A stretch of 64,000 bases of DNA from Ascidiella aspersa (lineage: Eukaryota), in the NCBI GenBank assembly GCA_963924565.1, contig OZ004608.1, positions 33,108,001 through 33,172,000 on the forward strand. Reading direction: 5' to 3'. The number at the start of each line of letters is the position of its first letter. Positions within the stretch are counted from its first letter, which is position 1. Under the pieces are notes generated by a model. The model ran no database searches and had not been told where the DNA came from. It was given only the letters and a program-made list of their open reading frames with translations. Made by a program: the position numbers and the translations under genes. Positions 12,001-21,800 of this stretch are shown one piece after another.

Positions 12001-15000
12001 AAACAAGCAAAAATACGTAGGGGGTAAGATGGTATCAGCCTAACTTAAACGTTGGCTAATGGATAACTCGCCCTCTAACCCAGGGGTTCTTAAACTGGGG
12101 TCCATGGACCCCTTGGGGGTCCGTGAACTAGTTTTAGGGGGTCCATGAAGGCCTAATTAAAGAACTAGTGTATACTTAAGTAATTCATTTTTCAAAGAAA
12201 ACACTTTAATTAAAAATTAAAAGGTTTTGCACTGAATGTAGAGTTAGACTCCATTTAACTTTCACATTTTCGAACCGAAATAAACAGAGTTATGAAGTCA
12301 ATTTGTATTGTGACGTCATATCATGACGTCATTTTGGAGCATTTGTTGCCTACCGGGGTCCATGCAAAGCAAAAAAAAATTAGGGTTCCGCGGTAAAAAA
12401 AGTTTAAGAACCCCTGCTCTAACCCAACATTTAAGTTTGTTTGTGTTTAACCGAAAAATGTGTAAGTCGTTTTTGGCGGGTGTTTTTTTTTTCGTTTTTA
12501 CTCAAAGAGTTTTACTAGGGTTTAGGAAAGATGTTTACCTTAAATTACGCAAATTGCAAACTTATTAACGATTCACAAACACGTCTGTAGCCAGTCATCC
12601 AAACAATTAATAGGCCATAATTTGTTTTTATTTATATTATTAAAATTTATTTCCTTTTTTTTTATTGTTTTGTTTTTAATGATTGATGTGCAAAGTAAAG
12701 AATAATAAAACTTCAAAATTTACGCAAAAGGGAAGGTCTTTAAAATAAAACGAAAACCTTGAATAAAACGAAACTGTAATAATTCGCGTCTTATTGCGTT
12801 AAAAAAAACGGAAAAAGATGTGTGTCTATTTAGGGCTTATTTTTTGGTTTGTCAAAGGTGTAAGACGCGACGAAAGAAAAAAATTGGCGTCAATTAGCGG
12901 CACTTTTTGTGTTAAATTTGCCTAACACTCAGTTTGTTTACGCTTTACCATATATTTCTTTTTGCAGTTCTCTTCGGCGTAAAAACACTTCCGCGGGAAT
13001 CCGGCAACCTATTACTAAAAAGAGAGGTAAAAGAGATTGCAATAATTGTCGTAAAAGCGACCCTGTTAATAGTTGAACAAAACAATTAGAACTTAGATCG
13101 TTTCGCAATTGACTTGACCTGGACTTTATTTGTCATATCGCTTCACTGGGACTTAAGGCGTTTTGCTTTTGGACTTGACTGGGTCTTGAGTTATCTTGCA
13201 AATTTCTTGACTCGGACCGGAACTTAAAACATTGTAAAATAACCGGTTTCATAACACTGAAAATCACTTGATTTGGAACTGAAAATCACTTGACTGTGAT
13301 TCGAGTTATTGTAGTCATTAGAGTAAGAAATTTGGCATTTTACTTGGTTTGGTTTGGAGTCATTTTGCAAATAACCTGACTTGGAATTGGATAATTTTGC
13401 AGTTTACTTGGGTCATTTTGTAAATACCTTGATCAGGCTTGCAGAATCTTGCCAGCCTTCTGGTGACGAGCATTGTTGGCAAAATTCTTCGGTTTTTTAC
13501 TAGCGCCCCTAAAGTTAAATGCTGCGTTTGCCCTAGAAATGTATCAGCTTTGCCTTGTTTAGGCAACAAACAAGGCTATTAATGAGTAAATTAGCTAAGA
13601 AAAATTGCGTGTGACATTACCAAATAGTACATAAGGGACATTTTAAAGTACAACCTTTGGGAACACTGTTACACAGATGCTGTTTTTTGGTCGACATCAG
13701 TCGCCTGGTCGCTAGAATTCTGCCATACTAAACTTGACTCGGACTCCAGTTTTGCCATTGACTTGACTGGTACTCGATTCATTTTAAACCAACCTGTTCA
13801 CAACACTTCTTCTCCTTTGCAGAGGCCCAACGTCTACAAGCTTTTAGCGACCGACGAAAGCTCGCGAGATCTCGTTCGCAAGCACTTCGGAGCTTTAAAG
13901 GTGAAAATCGAGGAAGAGTTCGTCGACTCGCTCCTCCAAACCTGCGTTGAGAGGATGAAGAGCGCTCGGCTCGCTCCTCGGAGGAGTGGGAGTGGAACTC
14001 TGGAGCTGAGCATGGAGCGACAGGATGACGTGCTTCATTGTCTGAAGATGTTTTGCGTCAGGGAGCCGATAAAAGTGATTTCGGCCAGGGTGAGTGACCC
14101 GAAGGTTAAGGTTTGGTTAAGGTTAGAAGTCAGAAAATGTATTTGGTTGAGGTTATGGGTCAGAAAAGAGAGTTTTGTTTAGTGTACGGGCCAGAAAAAG
14201 GGTTTGATTGACGTTAGGGGTCAAAATTTCGGCCAGGGTGAGTGACTCTTGAGTTAAAGGTTTGGTTTGGGATTGAAAATAAGAAAAGGATTTGGTTGAG
14301 GTTAGGATCAGAAACTATTCCAGAATCGATATTATGAGCAAGGTATCACCAATCTGTTAAAGTGATTTCGGTCAGGGTAGGTGACTTCCACCACCCTTCG
14401 ATAAACGTTTTTTGTTGGTAAACTTATTGGTAAAGTTTTAATAAAAAATAAATCCTTCGCTTATAGCCTTAATCTCCTTGAAACGAACGGAGCCTATTTT
14501 ATTGAAATATATAAGGTCGTATCGCATGTAAGGTTTGGTTAAGGCTAGGGGCCAGAAAAGGTTAAGTCATGAAACTAGTCCGATATCCATATTAAAAGGT
14601 ATCGTCAATTCGGCTAGGGTGAGTGACTCGTGGGTTTGGCTTGGGATTGAGGATGTCTGGTACTTTGTGTTTTGTTTCTGATTTTTAGGCAAGTCTCGCC
14701 TGTCCAATACCAAATTATGTCACTACTATGACCAAACAGGCAAAATTAATCAAAATAAATCGTGCTAAGATAATGCTAACTGGGTTCAAACGGGGGTTGT
14801 TATTCTTTTTTTACCCCGGACCCCTAACATTTTTATTTGCTTCACGTGGCCACTGTAGGAAATAAATGAAAGTGAAATGGAGCCCAAATACATTCAGCTC
14901 AAAAATGTTTTATTTTTATTTGAAATTAAAAAAAAATAGATTACTTTTTAAATATACACTAACACTTCATGGCCCCCCTAAAACTAGTTCACAGACCCCC

Positions 15001-17233
15001 AAAGGGTCCATGGACCCCAGTTTATGAACCCCTGATATAAAAGAATTAGAAATAGAAAACAATTTTAAATATATGCTACACTTCAAGATTTGTGTTTTTG
15101 TCATCTTTAGTAATTCATATTTTTTCAGCTGATTGACAAGTACCTGTGGCCCCTGCTCAATTCCTGGTCACGACACCTAGTGCTCAAACAGGATGAAGAA
15201 AGCAAAGAAGGTGGGTTGATAAAAGTAACATTTAAGGCAGAGTTGTTCTTACCCGGGGTGCCGCGGCACCCTGGGCTGCCATTTCTAATGTCCAAGGGTG
15301 CCGTATGTGAGAATCTTTAAGAATCTGATTTTTGCTTAAGGCTTACAACTTTTTGTGTAAGATTAGAGTGGAATAAATCCAATTACAACTTCCTACGTTG
15401 TGTAGAGTTGATGTGTGTTGTTCCAGTTCTATATTGTGACCTTGAAGTGAATTACCTACGGTAAAATCTTGTAGGAGTGCCGCAATCTATTTAATATTTC
15501 TGAGGGGTGCCGCTAGCAACAAAAGGCTCAGAACCACTGGTTTTAAATGTCTTAAATTTAAATAATAGGACATTTTAAAGTTTAAATGTTAGAACTTGTT
15601 AAATTCAAACTCAATGTGTTACCACCGCTAGTGCAGACCATTGGAATTTTTTGTATCATCTACATTTCATCAAAAAAATTCGTAAATTACTTAAAGATAA
15701 GATTACCCTAGGAGCGAGTCGAGAAACAACCATGACGCCAACGCTTGCTACATTCTATTAGTACAAGCAACTTCATATTGAAGGGGATCTACAGCACCAT
15801 CATCATTTGATTTTTCTCGCTGTATAGTTTCAGACGCTTGTATGATCGCTGTGCTCAAGTGCCTCACTGTGGTGCTGCTGGCAAAGGTCACCAAGCAACG
15901 TCTGTGGCATCCCAGCCACAACACACACGCAGAAGCGAGGTCCTACTTCGAGACGATCTGCGCTCTGCTCGCAAACTTTACGCACAACTTTCACAACGGT
16001 AGGATCTCGGCATATTGGGATCTCCGATACTTGATATTTTATTCCGATACTGATACCCGATATTTTGGACAAAAGGTATCGTCGCAAACGATACCAAATA
16101 ACGTTGCTATGTTCCAACAAGCAAAATAGGTAAATTGAAACATTCAAAGCCTTCTTTTTTCCAGGTTATTTGGCCAAATTTGCTTCAAGGTTAAGAAGTT
16201 TAGTCACCCCCAAGTATAATTTTCGATAGATATAAGTTTGACTCGCTGCATTGGTTTTGCAAATCATGGCTGAAATTCCTATGTTAGTTTGGGATCGAAT
16301 TTGCACTGATACCACCCTAGTATCGGACAACTACCGATACCACCCTAGTATCGGACGTGTACCGATACTGCCACTTGATATCGGGTATCGGCTCCGATCC
16401 GATATTATCGGACATCCATAGTATAAACAGAGTAAGCGTTTATGGCGTAATATGGAGCGTCCCGCTATTTTCAAACATTCGTGTTTAAATTTTACCGCAA
16501 TCTTTCGTCATGCTAATCTTTATCGTGGTTTATTCCAGTTTCAATCAAAAAGTTGAAAAATATTTGCTATGCTGAGTCTTGTTTTGTATATTAATATTAG
16601 CCATTGTGGTTGTCGATAATATCGGTTCAAAGCCGATACCCGATGCCAAGTTTTAGAATCTGTAGTCGTCCGATAATATTAAGAGAATATCGGTATCCAA
16701 GTATTGCAGCCATAATTTACGATATAACTGGCCCATTTCCACTTCAAAATGTTAAATTTAAAAAAAATAAAATGTTAAAAATTAAAGTAACTGAGTTTCC
16801 AAGCTCTAAAGCAATTTGTTGTCAGCAACCCGAAAAACACGACATTTGCACGTTTAACTTCGACAAATTTTGCCTATTTCACTATAGTAATGACGTCATT
16901 TGGTATCGGATCGGCGATACTTTTGCCAAAATATCGGTTATCGGAATAAAATGCCTACTACCGGACATCCCTGTTGAACATTTTGTTTTGTTTTTTGTTC
17001 ATTACCAAGTCTATTTCAAATATATTTTTTTAGTCGATTTTCAAATATTTAAACGAAAAATATCTCACTACGGCAGTGGTTCTCAACCGTTTTGTTTTCG
17101 CGACCCCCTTTCAAGTTTTTGAAAACCTATGCGATCCCCTATTTTTTGTGCATAACCATATCACAATCGTGTGTAATTTGGAAAAATAGTCGCATTTCTT
17201 GTCAGATTGTTTTAAAATCCTCCAGGATAAGAA

Positions 17234-17265
<32 letters not shown>

Positions 17266-17837
17266 CTTGTTCCGTTTTTCTAATCCTTAAATTACCGATT
17301 TTTATTTCCAGCTCCAATGATCGTCCAATGCGCCACCGCCGCCACCGTCATCAACCTCAGTTCCTGTCGCCCCTCGCTGGCCCACGGCGCCCTCCACAGC
17401 TGGTTGGGAGCCACCGGGTCCGCCAACCCCGGCCCCCACCCGTTGACCCCCCAAATCGAGGCCTTTCACAACGGCCCCAAGATGAGAAAGACAATAGAGT
17501 GGCTTGAGGTACGCAAGGAACAACGAACAAACGACGCTGACAAGAGTTTAATTAAGCTGATTTGGGGATGACTTTTGTCGATTTTTTTCGCTACTGCTTT
17601 TGCGTTTCAGGGTTATAGTTTGACGATACGCACCGCTAAGCAAATTTTCCCGTCTCAGAAATGTCTTTTGGCAGCGAAATTTCTTTCCCATTTTTTTGTT
17701 TTTCAAGTACCCTCTGCCAGTTGTTTCAAATTTAGTAACTTGTGTTGCAGGTGTTCTTATCTCATGTTCGACATGAAATTGTTCAGAGACCAGGTCATAA
17801 AACATGTAGACTTGAAAAAATAAAAAATAAAGTCTAA
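1..17837 (+). CDS. ICE1: Multi-exon gene (5' end outside window), probable ICE1 / little elongation complex subunit 1 homologue
   Basis: Exons join with consistent phase across GT-AG introns: 1-87, 332-429, 526-647, 1121-1303, 1677-1726, 2341-2488, 2710-2777, 3099-3197, 4361-4543, 5158-8619, 10210-10457, 11258-11544, 12968-13026, 13823-14089, 15129-15210, 15828-15998, 17312-17508, probably 17751-17837. Architecture is N-terminal coiled coil, giant disordered exon, helical C-terminus. LIDKYLWPLLNSW and APMIVQCATAATVINLSSCRPSLAHGALHSW resemble, from recall, the vertebrate ICE1 C-terminus. Identity not confirmed by a search. Confidence 0.65.
332..429 (+). CDS. ICE1-like exon MTCQMYEDKIHEMK...ETERS
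   Basis: Acceptor TTTAG ending 331, donor GTAAAT at 430, phase 0 to 2. Confidence 0.75.
526..647 (+). CDS. ICE1-like exon YEKEIKTLKKTNKSLEREILSLKRK...RRRSSR (coiled coil)
   Basis: Acceptor TAAG ending 525, donor GTTAAT at 648, phase 2 to 1. Confidence 0.75.
1121..1303 (+). CDS. ICE1-like exon GSQPTDSDF...RRKRLHKKHRK...SDEEF (basic NLS-like patch)
   Basis: Within ORF 1078-1329; acceptor TTAG ending 1120, donor GTATGG at 1304, phase 1 to 1. Confidence 0.8.
1677..1726 (+). CDS. ICE1-like 50-nt exon VDPVESIKKSPKKSGNQ
   Basis: Pyrimidine tract plus CAG ending 1676, donor GTAAAA at 1727; supplies the required phase 1 to 0 change. Confidence 0.75.
2341..2488 (+). CDS. ICE1-like exon AHKLAKELEKSPKP...NGVH
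   Basis: Acceptor TTTCAG ending 2340, donor GTAACT at 2489, phase 0 to 1. Confidence 0.8.
2710..2777 (+). CDS. ICE1-like exon DSLPDEQKRLDGNPNRQAGKDEQ
   Basis: Acceptor TAG at 2709 (in-frame alternative CAG at 2721), donor GTAATG at 2778, phase 1 to 0. Confidence 0.7.
3099..3197 (+). CDS. ICE1-like exon TSSEQSEIPMEASAPKP...RLMRAK
   Basis: Acceptor CAG ending 3098, donor GTAACT at 3198, phase 0 to 0. Confidence 0.75.
3259..3772. mobile_element. Non-autonomous hAT element (MITE), 514 bp
   Basis: Perfect 14-bp TIR CAGGGGTGTCCAAC/GTTGGACACCCCTG and perfect 8-bp TSD GTCTACAA (3251-3258, 3773-3780); subterminal GGCACG repeats. Confidence 0.95.
4361..4543 (+). CDS. ICE1-like exon RAFRTFQRRPSSEQMADMKLMVERLK...ARRLLKLFQ (not in ORF track)
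   Basis: Acceptor TTTTATTGTAG ending 4360, 61 open codons, donor GTGCGA at 4544, GC-rich relative to flanks. Confidence 0.75.
5158..8619 (+). CDS. ICE1: Giant exon (3,462 nt, 1,154 codons) encoding an intrinsically disordered S/P/T/K-rich region with basic NLS-like clusters and a polyQ run
   Basis: ORF 5149-8694; acceptor TTCAG ending 5157, donor GTGGGT at 8620; phase 0 to 0. Confidence 0.9.
10210..10457 (+). CDS. ICE1-like exon VLSWMATYLKATR...LPVILKVMC (start of helical domain)
   Basis: ORF 10204-10518; acceptor GCAG ending 10209, donor GTATTT at 10458, phase 0 to 2. Confidence 0.8.
10951..11257. repeat. Tandem duplication (about 175-bp period) of the intron 3' end
   Basis: AATAAGACAGCRTTTCAAACC...GCTCAAATTTCGCCTATTTT occurs twice; CGTAGTACGGTCTTT is duplicated at the junction. 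Confidence 0.85.
11258..11544 (+). CDS. ICE1-like exon YCVEFPSNPK...MRMFCCWPSALNHWYPLTGKM
   Basis: Acceptor TTTTTCCGCAG ending 11257, donor GTGAGT at 11545, phase 2 to 1, in frame with ORF 11331-11648. Confidence 0.85.
11563..11828 (+). mobile_element. hAT MITE family A
   Basis: TIR CAGTGGTTCTCAA/TTGAGAATCACTG, TSD GTTTAGGG/GTTTAGAT (6/8), subterminal GGTGCCGC motif. Confidence 0.85.
12081..12416. mobile_element. Non-autonomous hAT MITE (family B), 336 bp
   Basis: Perfect 16-bp TIR CAGGGGTTCTTAAACT and perfect 8-bp TSD CTCTAACC. Confidence 0.95.
12968..13026 (+). CDS. ICE1-like exon FLFGVKTLPRESGNLLLKRE
   Basis: Acceptor TTTTTGCAG ending 12967, donor GTAAAA at 13027; supplies phase 1 to 0. 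Confidence 0.7.
13445..13540 (+). CDS. Possible additional exon NLASLLVTSIVGKILRFFTSAPK... (3' boundary uncertain)
   Basis: TTGCAG acceptor then an open phase-0 amphipathic-helix-like frame; only weak donors (GTTAAA, GTATCA) follow. Confidence 0.4.
13823..14089 (+). CDS. ICE1-like exon RPNVYKLLATDE...VLHCLKMFCVREPIKVISAR
   Basis: ORF 13763-14182; acceptor CTCCTTTGCAG ending 13822, donor GTGAGT at 14090, phase 0 to 0. Confidence 0.85.
14072..14655. repeat. Degenerate tandem repeat containing four copies of an exon end plus 5' splice site, with GGTT-rich subrepeats
   Basis: ATTCGG/TTTCGG-YYAGG|GTRRGTGAC with GT at 14090, 14238, 14377 and 14619. Confidence 0.85.
14791..15034 (-). mobile_element. 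Degenerate family B hAT MITE, opposite orientation to 12081-12416
   Basis: Ends GGTCCATGGACCCCAGTTTATGAACCCCTG, the reverse complement of the family B 5' end; TSD eroded. Confidence 0.8.
15129..15210 (+). CDS. ICE1-like exon LIDKYLWPLLNSWSRHLVLKQDEESKE
   Basis: Acceptor TTTTTCAG ending 15128, donor GTGGGT at 15211, phase 0 to 1. Confidence 0.85.
15238..15539 (+). mobile_element. hAT MITE family A
   Basis: GGGGTGCCGCGGCACCC near the 5' end, GGTGCCG repeats, ends AGAACCACTG. Confidence 0.8.
15828..15998 (+). CDS. ICE1-like exon VSDACMIAVLKCLTVVLL...ICALLANFTHNFHN
   Basis: Acceptor TAG at 15827 (or in-frame CAG at 15833), donor GTAGGA at 15999, phase 1 to 1. Confidence 0.85.
16016..16420 (+). 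mobile_element. MITE family D (termini like AGGGATGTCCGAT, internal CCGATAC repeats)
   Basis: GGGATCTCCGATAC...ATCGGACATCCATA; multiple CCGATAC/GTATCGG motifs, including a duplicated GATACCACCCTAGTATCGGAC. Confidence 0.75.
16605..16973 (-). mobile_element. MITE family D, opposite orientation
   Basis: Starts GTCGATAATATCGG (reverse complement of the previous copy's end) and ends CCGGACATCCCTG. Confidence 0.75.
17236..17265. repeat. Poly(T)30 tract
   Basis: 30 consecutive T, ending 46 nt upstream of the acceptor at 17311. Confidence 0.95.
17312..17508 (+). CDS. ICE1-like exon APMIVQCATAATVINLSSCRP...KTIEWLE
   Basis: Acceptor TTTATTTCCAG ending 17311; probable donor GTACGC at 17509 (otherwise reads through to TGA ending 17571). 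Confidence 0.8.
17751..17837 (+). CDS. Probable terminal exon VFLSHVRHEIVQRPGHKTCRLEKIKNKV*
   Basis: Acceptor TGTGTTGCAG ending 17750, phase 0 open to TAA 17835-17837, AATAAA motifs at the end of the exon. Confidence 0.5.
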   Translation: MFLSHVRHEIVQRPGHKTCRLEKIKNKV

Positions 17838-18465
17838 ATATATTCAAGGATAAGGCGACAAAGCGTTTTTTTCTCTATTAAACTTAGATCATGTCAAAAA
17901 TGGATTACATTTTCAAATAGTACATTCGAATTTTAACTGGGCCTTTATAAACCTCCTAAAACTACTCCACGGACCCTAGTTTAAGAATTGCTGCTTTAAT
18001 GCAAGTTTTGCTGTATGCTTAACGTTATGTAGTACTTCTGTTTAGTTTTCTATCGGTGCAATTTCAATTGCATGGTTTTTCAGTCGCCAACTGATTTGCA
18101 AGTTCAACCCGATTTCCTAAAAATCGCTTCGAAATGTTAAAGTTGCCACATGTCGCGATATTTCTTATAGCACTGCTGCCCTCATTTGATTATTGTCATA
18201 TTCAGATCGGCGTTGATTTGTAGCAATTTGATTTTTTGCAATTTACTGCCGGTTTGCGAATTTCCCACCACTTTTCGATTTCGTTTTTCGACTCTTGCGT
18301 TCACTGTGAAAATCCGGCTTGCTTGCTGACGCTTTTCCTTTTTTAGTAAATTCAATTGAGATCCCGAGTGTTTTGTGATAGCTGATAAACTTATTGTGAT
18401 AGCTAGATTGCTTCAAATGAGTATAGTATTACATACAATGTAAGACGCCTTTCTGATGTAGTGCC

Positions 18466-18810
18466 AGTGTTTTATAGTCATTTGAAAATGACTGAAGTCC
18501 CAGTCAAGTCTTTTGAATAAATAACAAGTCCAGTCCCAGTCCAAGTCGTCGGTTATCAAGTCAAGCCATAGTTAGAGCAACTCAACTTCAAGTCAAGCCC
18601 TTGTCATAAAATTAAAAGTTTAAACTATTAAAACTGGCAAACTCCTTCGTAATTATGAGCATAACTCAAACGCGACATATAGCAAGCAAATTGTTTATGT
18701 GCCAAGATTAAGATAAATAGCCCAATTTTATAAATAATTGCCTAATGAAAATAATTTATTTTAACCAAAGTCTTGGCCAAATGACTAAAGTTAATCCATT
18801 TGCCCAAAAG
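18466..18810 (+). mobile_element. Family C element, degenerate/3'-truncated
   Basis: CAGTGTTTTATAGTCATTTGAAAATGACTGAAGTCCCAGTCAAGTC... collinear with the 27298 copy (TTGTCATAAAA(A)TTAAA). Confidence 0.7.
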
Positions 18811-21800
18811 TCTAAAATTATGTCAAAAATTACGTTTCCTGCCTAACAATCGTCACTGACCGAATGCCGTACTCAATTTTAATAATAATCTTTATTGACA
18901 GAATAGCCGTGTTACCCGAAGGCCAACTCTAAGCTCAATCTTTAGCAATGCGGCTAGCGCGAACGCTAGATCCTAGAAACCGACTGTATCCCTAAACACC
19001 AAAAAGTCGACAGCCTGAGATTTTTGATTCAGCACTTGCGAAAACAAAATAACTCCCTTGGTATTAAAGCAATTAGTGATCATAAGTGAAATCAAAGTGG
19101 AAAGCAAACAGAAATTAAAAAGGTCAGAGGCGAGGTGTATTTAAACAAAGCAAACGATATAAATTTGCGTTACAGTAATAGTATTCTATGTAGCATTCAT
19201 TATAAAAATAAATAGATTTTTTAACGCTTGATTAAGTTCGGTTTGAAACCAGTTCGAGAAAGTTTTACAAATCAAAACATGCATACAATTTTTCCAAGAA
19301 GTTTATCAGTATAAAAACTTACAAACTGGTCGCAAGTTTTTTATGTAAAACATGAAATGGAACGGTACAAAAGAGGGAAAAAATTGCGCCGCGAAGTACT
19401 CCAGCGGACACTGTTTTAAAATTATTTACACACATGGTGGCAACATAGAGTTGAGACTTAATTTATTAAACCAACATGTACAGTACGCAATATCTGTATT
19501 AATTAGATCCAATTGATTTTCTCTAAAGTGAAAACCTCTTGGTGTAAATGGTAAATTTCAATCAGCCGAAGTGATTAGTTTTGCATGACAAGACTTTTTT
19601 AACAAAACTCTATTTCAAGTGACCTAATTTATATCGAAATTTAACCAGACTGAGCATAACACATTGATATACTTTGAATATGCAAAACAAGTGTGTGGGA
19701 CTTGTATTGAGGTCTTTGAGGTACCTTTTAAACAGCTTATGCTTTCTTGTATGAGAACAAACACGAAACATAATAATTATATAAAACCATTTTACGCACT
19801 CTACTTTAAATGCTGCTGGGTTTAAAAAAATCCTTGTTAAAAAAATTATTTTGAATTTTTTTGCGAAAAATTCGTTTATCTTTGCCAGAAAGATGCAATA
19901 ACAGCTTCTTTCGAACGCGTTAATTCCACCAGCAATTACTGTGTAAAGCTAGAACAACAGAGATTTGCGCGCCCAGGGATGTTTGGGGGTGGGGGTCTTC
20001 GGGGGTATCACGTTACCCCAGTCGCGGGGTACAAACGCTAATAAGCTTCGCGTTGACAAACGAACGTACACCACGGTTGTCTACACCTTAAACCTCGGCT
20101 GTCAGGGTTAAAAAGAAAGTTTACCACAAAAAAACGGAGGTATTTCCTAATTTTAATCAGATTAACATACATCTAACTTCAAGTATTTAATCTTCAATAC
20201 TAATGTTTTAGTTTTAATCCTTTTTCCGTTGTATAGATGTCCTTGATGCACTTTAAAAAAAAATTGATAAAATTTAGATATTTAATAAAGCTGTTTTCGC
20301 CTCTAAGATTCTTAGCTGTATACACAATACCTATTTATCAAACATTTACCGTGTTTGTTTAATTTTAATTATATAAACCTCAAAAAGAAAATCATATTAT
20401 TAACAATTTTACACATTCCTAAATTTACTAAGGATTTGAAAAAAAACTGATAATAAAATTAGCTTTTTTACAAGGTTTTCTGCTAGTTATTCCCCCACCC
20501 TCTGACACCCCTGGCGTAGTCCCCTATGTTTGCCGACTGATGTTTATCCGGTCCGACAAGTGCCGAAAGACATGCCCAGCCAACTTTGGCAAAGTCGAGT
20601 AGCGGCATCCTTTTTGCGAGTAAGGTTATACCGTTGCTTGTCAATCGCGTGATGTATGGGTGCGGATTTTTCTCTGTTGTCACGGCAGCTAACGATAATT
20701 GACGATTGATTGGCAACAAGCATCACAAATCGGAATGTTATAGTTTTCTGAGCTATTTAGGCTATTTAGGTTGTTATGATTTTTAACCAATTAAAAATGA
20801 ATAGGGATGTCCGGTACTGGGTATTTGATTCCGTAACTGATACCCGATATTTTTCATCCAAAAGACGTCATTATTCAATGTAAAATTCTGGATAGAATAT
20901 TACTTTTTAAGCTATGCACAACAGATCCGTGCATATAGTGTACCTAAAAATGTCATTTTTATGGTATTTGTAGCCGTTATGACAAAATTCACGATTTTGA
21001 CCTTTTGGTGCTATTTTATTCCTCGATGTCGCTTCTTATTCTTAAAAGATAAACTTTAATGTCTAAACAAATGAGATTTAAAACACTTTCAAGGAGGAAG
21101 AATATTAACAAAAAGGGGTATGCGGTCCAATTTGCACGATTTATAAATCAAATATATTTTCTTAACGACGAAAGTGAACTCTTGTCGGTTTATCGAGAGA
21201 CCGCAACTATATCGTAAGGCTTTTTTTGGTAAAATTTTACTCGGATTTATTATTGATGTTATTTTTTTTTTACTCTGAGTAATTAAACAAAACTATTACT
21301 ATAAACAAAATAAGGCTTTGATGTTCCTTTCCACTTATGTCGATTAATAAACTCCCGCTATTTCTCTAGAACCTGCCAGCCTTAAACCATCGACATATAC
21401 TTCAGCGCTTATTGCCGTAATACGCTTATAGATAATATCTTAACAACCTTTGAGAGGGCACTTTCGGTTTGGGGGCGGGACACTTAAAGTTTCAACCATC
21501 CAAGCATTGCGAACCCTGAAACAACCGGCACTTGAAAGCACTAACATGTCCAAGTCGCCATTTCACTGGCCACTCCAGCTAAGCGAGCAACCCCATCTTG
21601 TGTACATACACGAATATAAATTGGTGCAAGTGGGTGCTTTCGGGGATTTGTTGAATTCCTTGTCTCGCGGTTTACTTTTCCAAGTGTTGACCACTCGAAA
21701 TACGACAAGGCCCATTTCCAATCGGTCCCTAACAGTGATGCTCCAAGCACAACCATAGGGAATACAACACATATTTTTTTCACTGCCCGACACTATACGC

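Noticed and set aside
16604-17122. 172-aa ORF
   Set aside because: It runs through a family D MITE and a hAT end within an intron; not protein-like.
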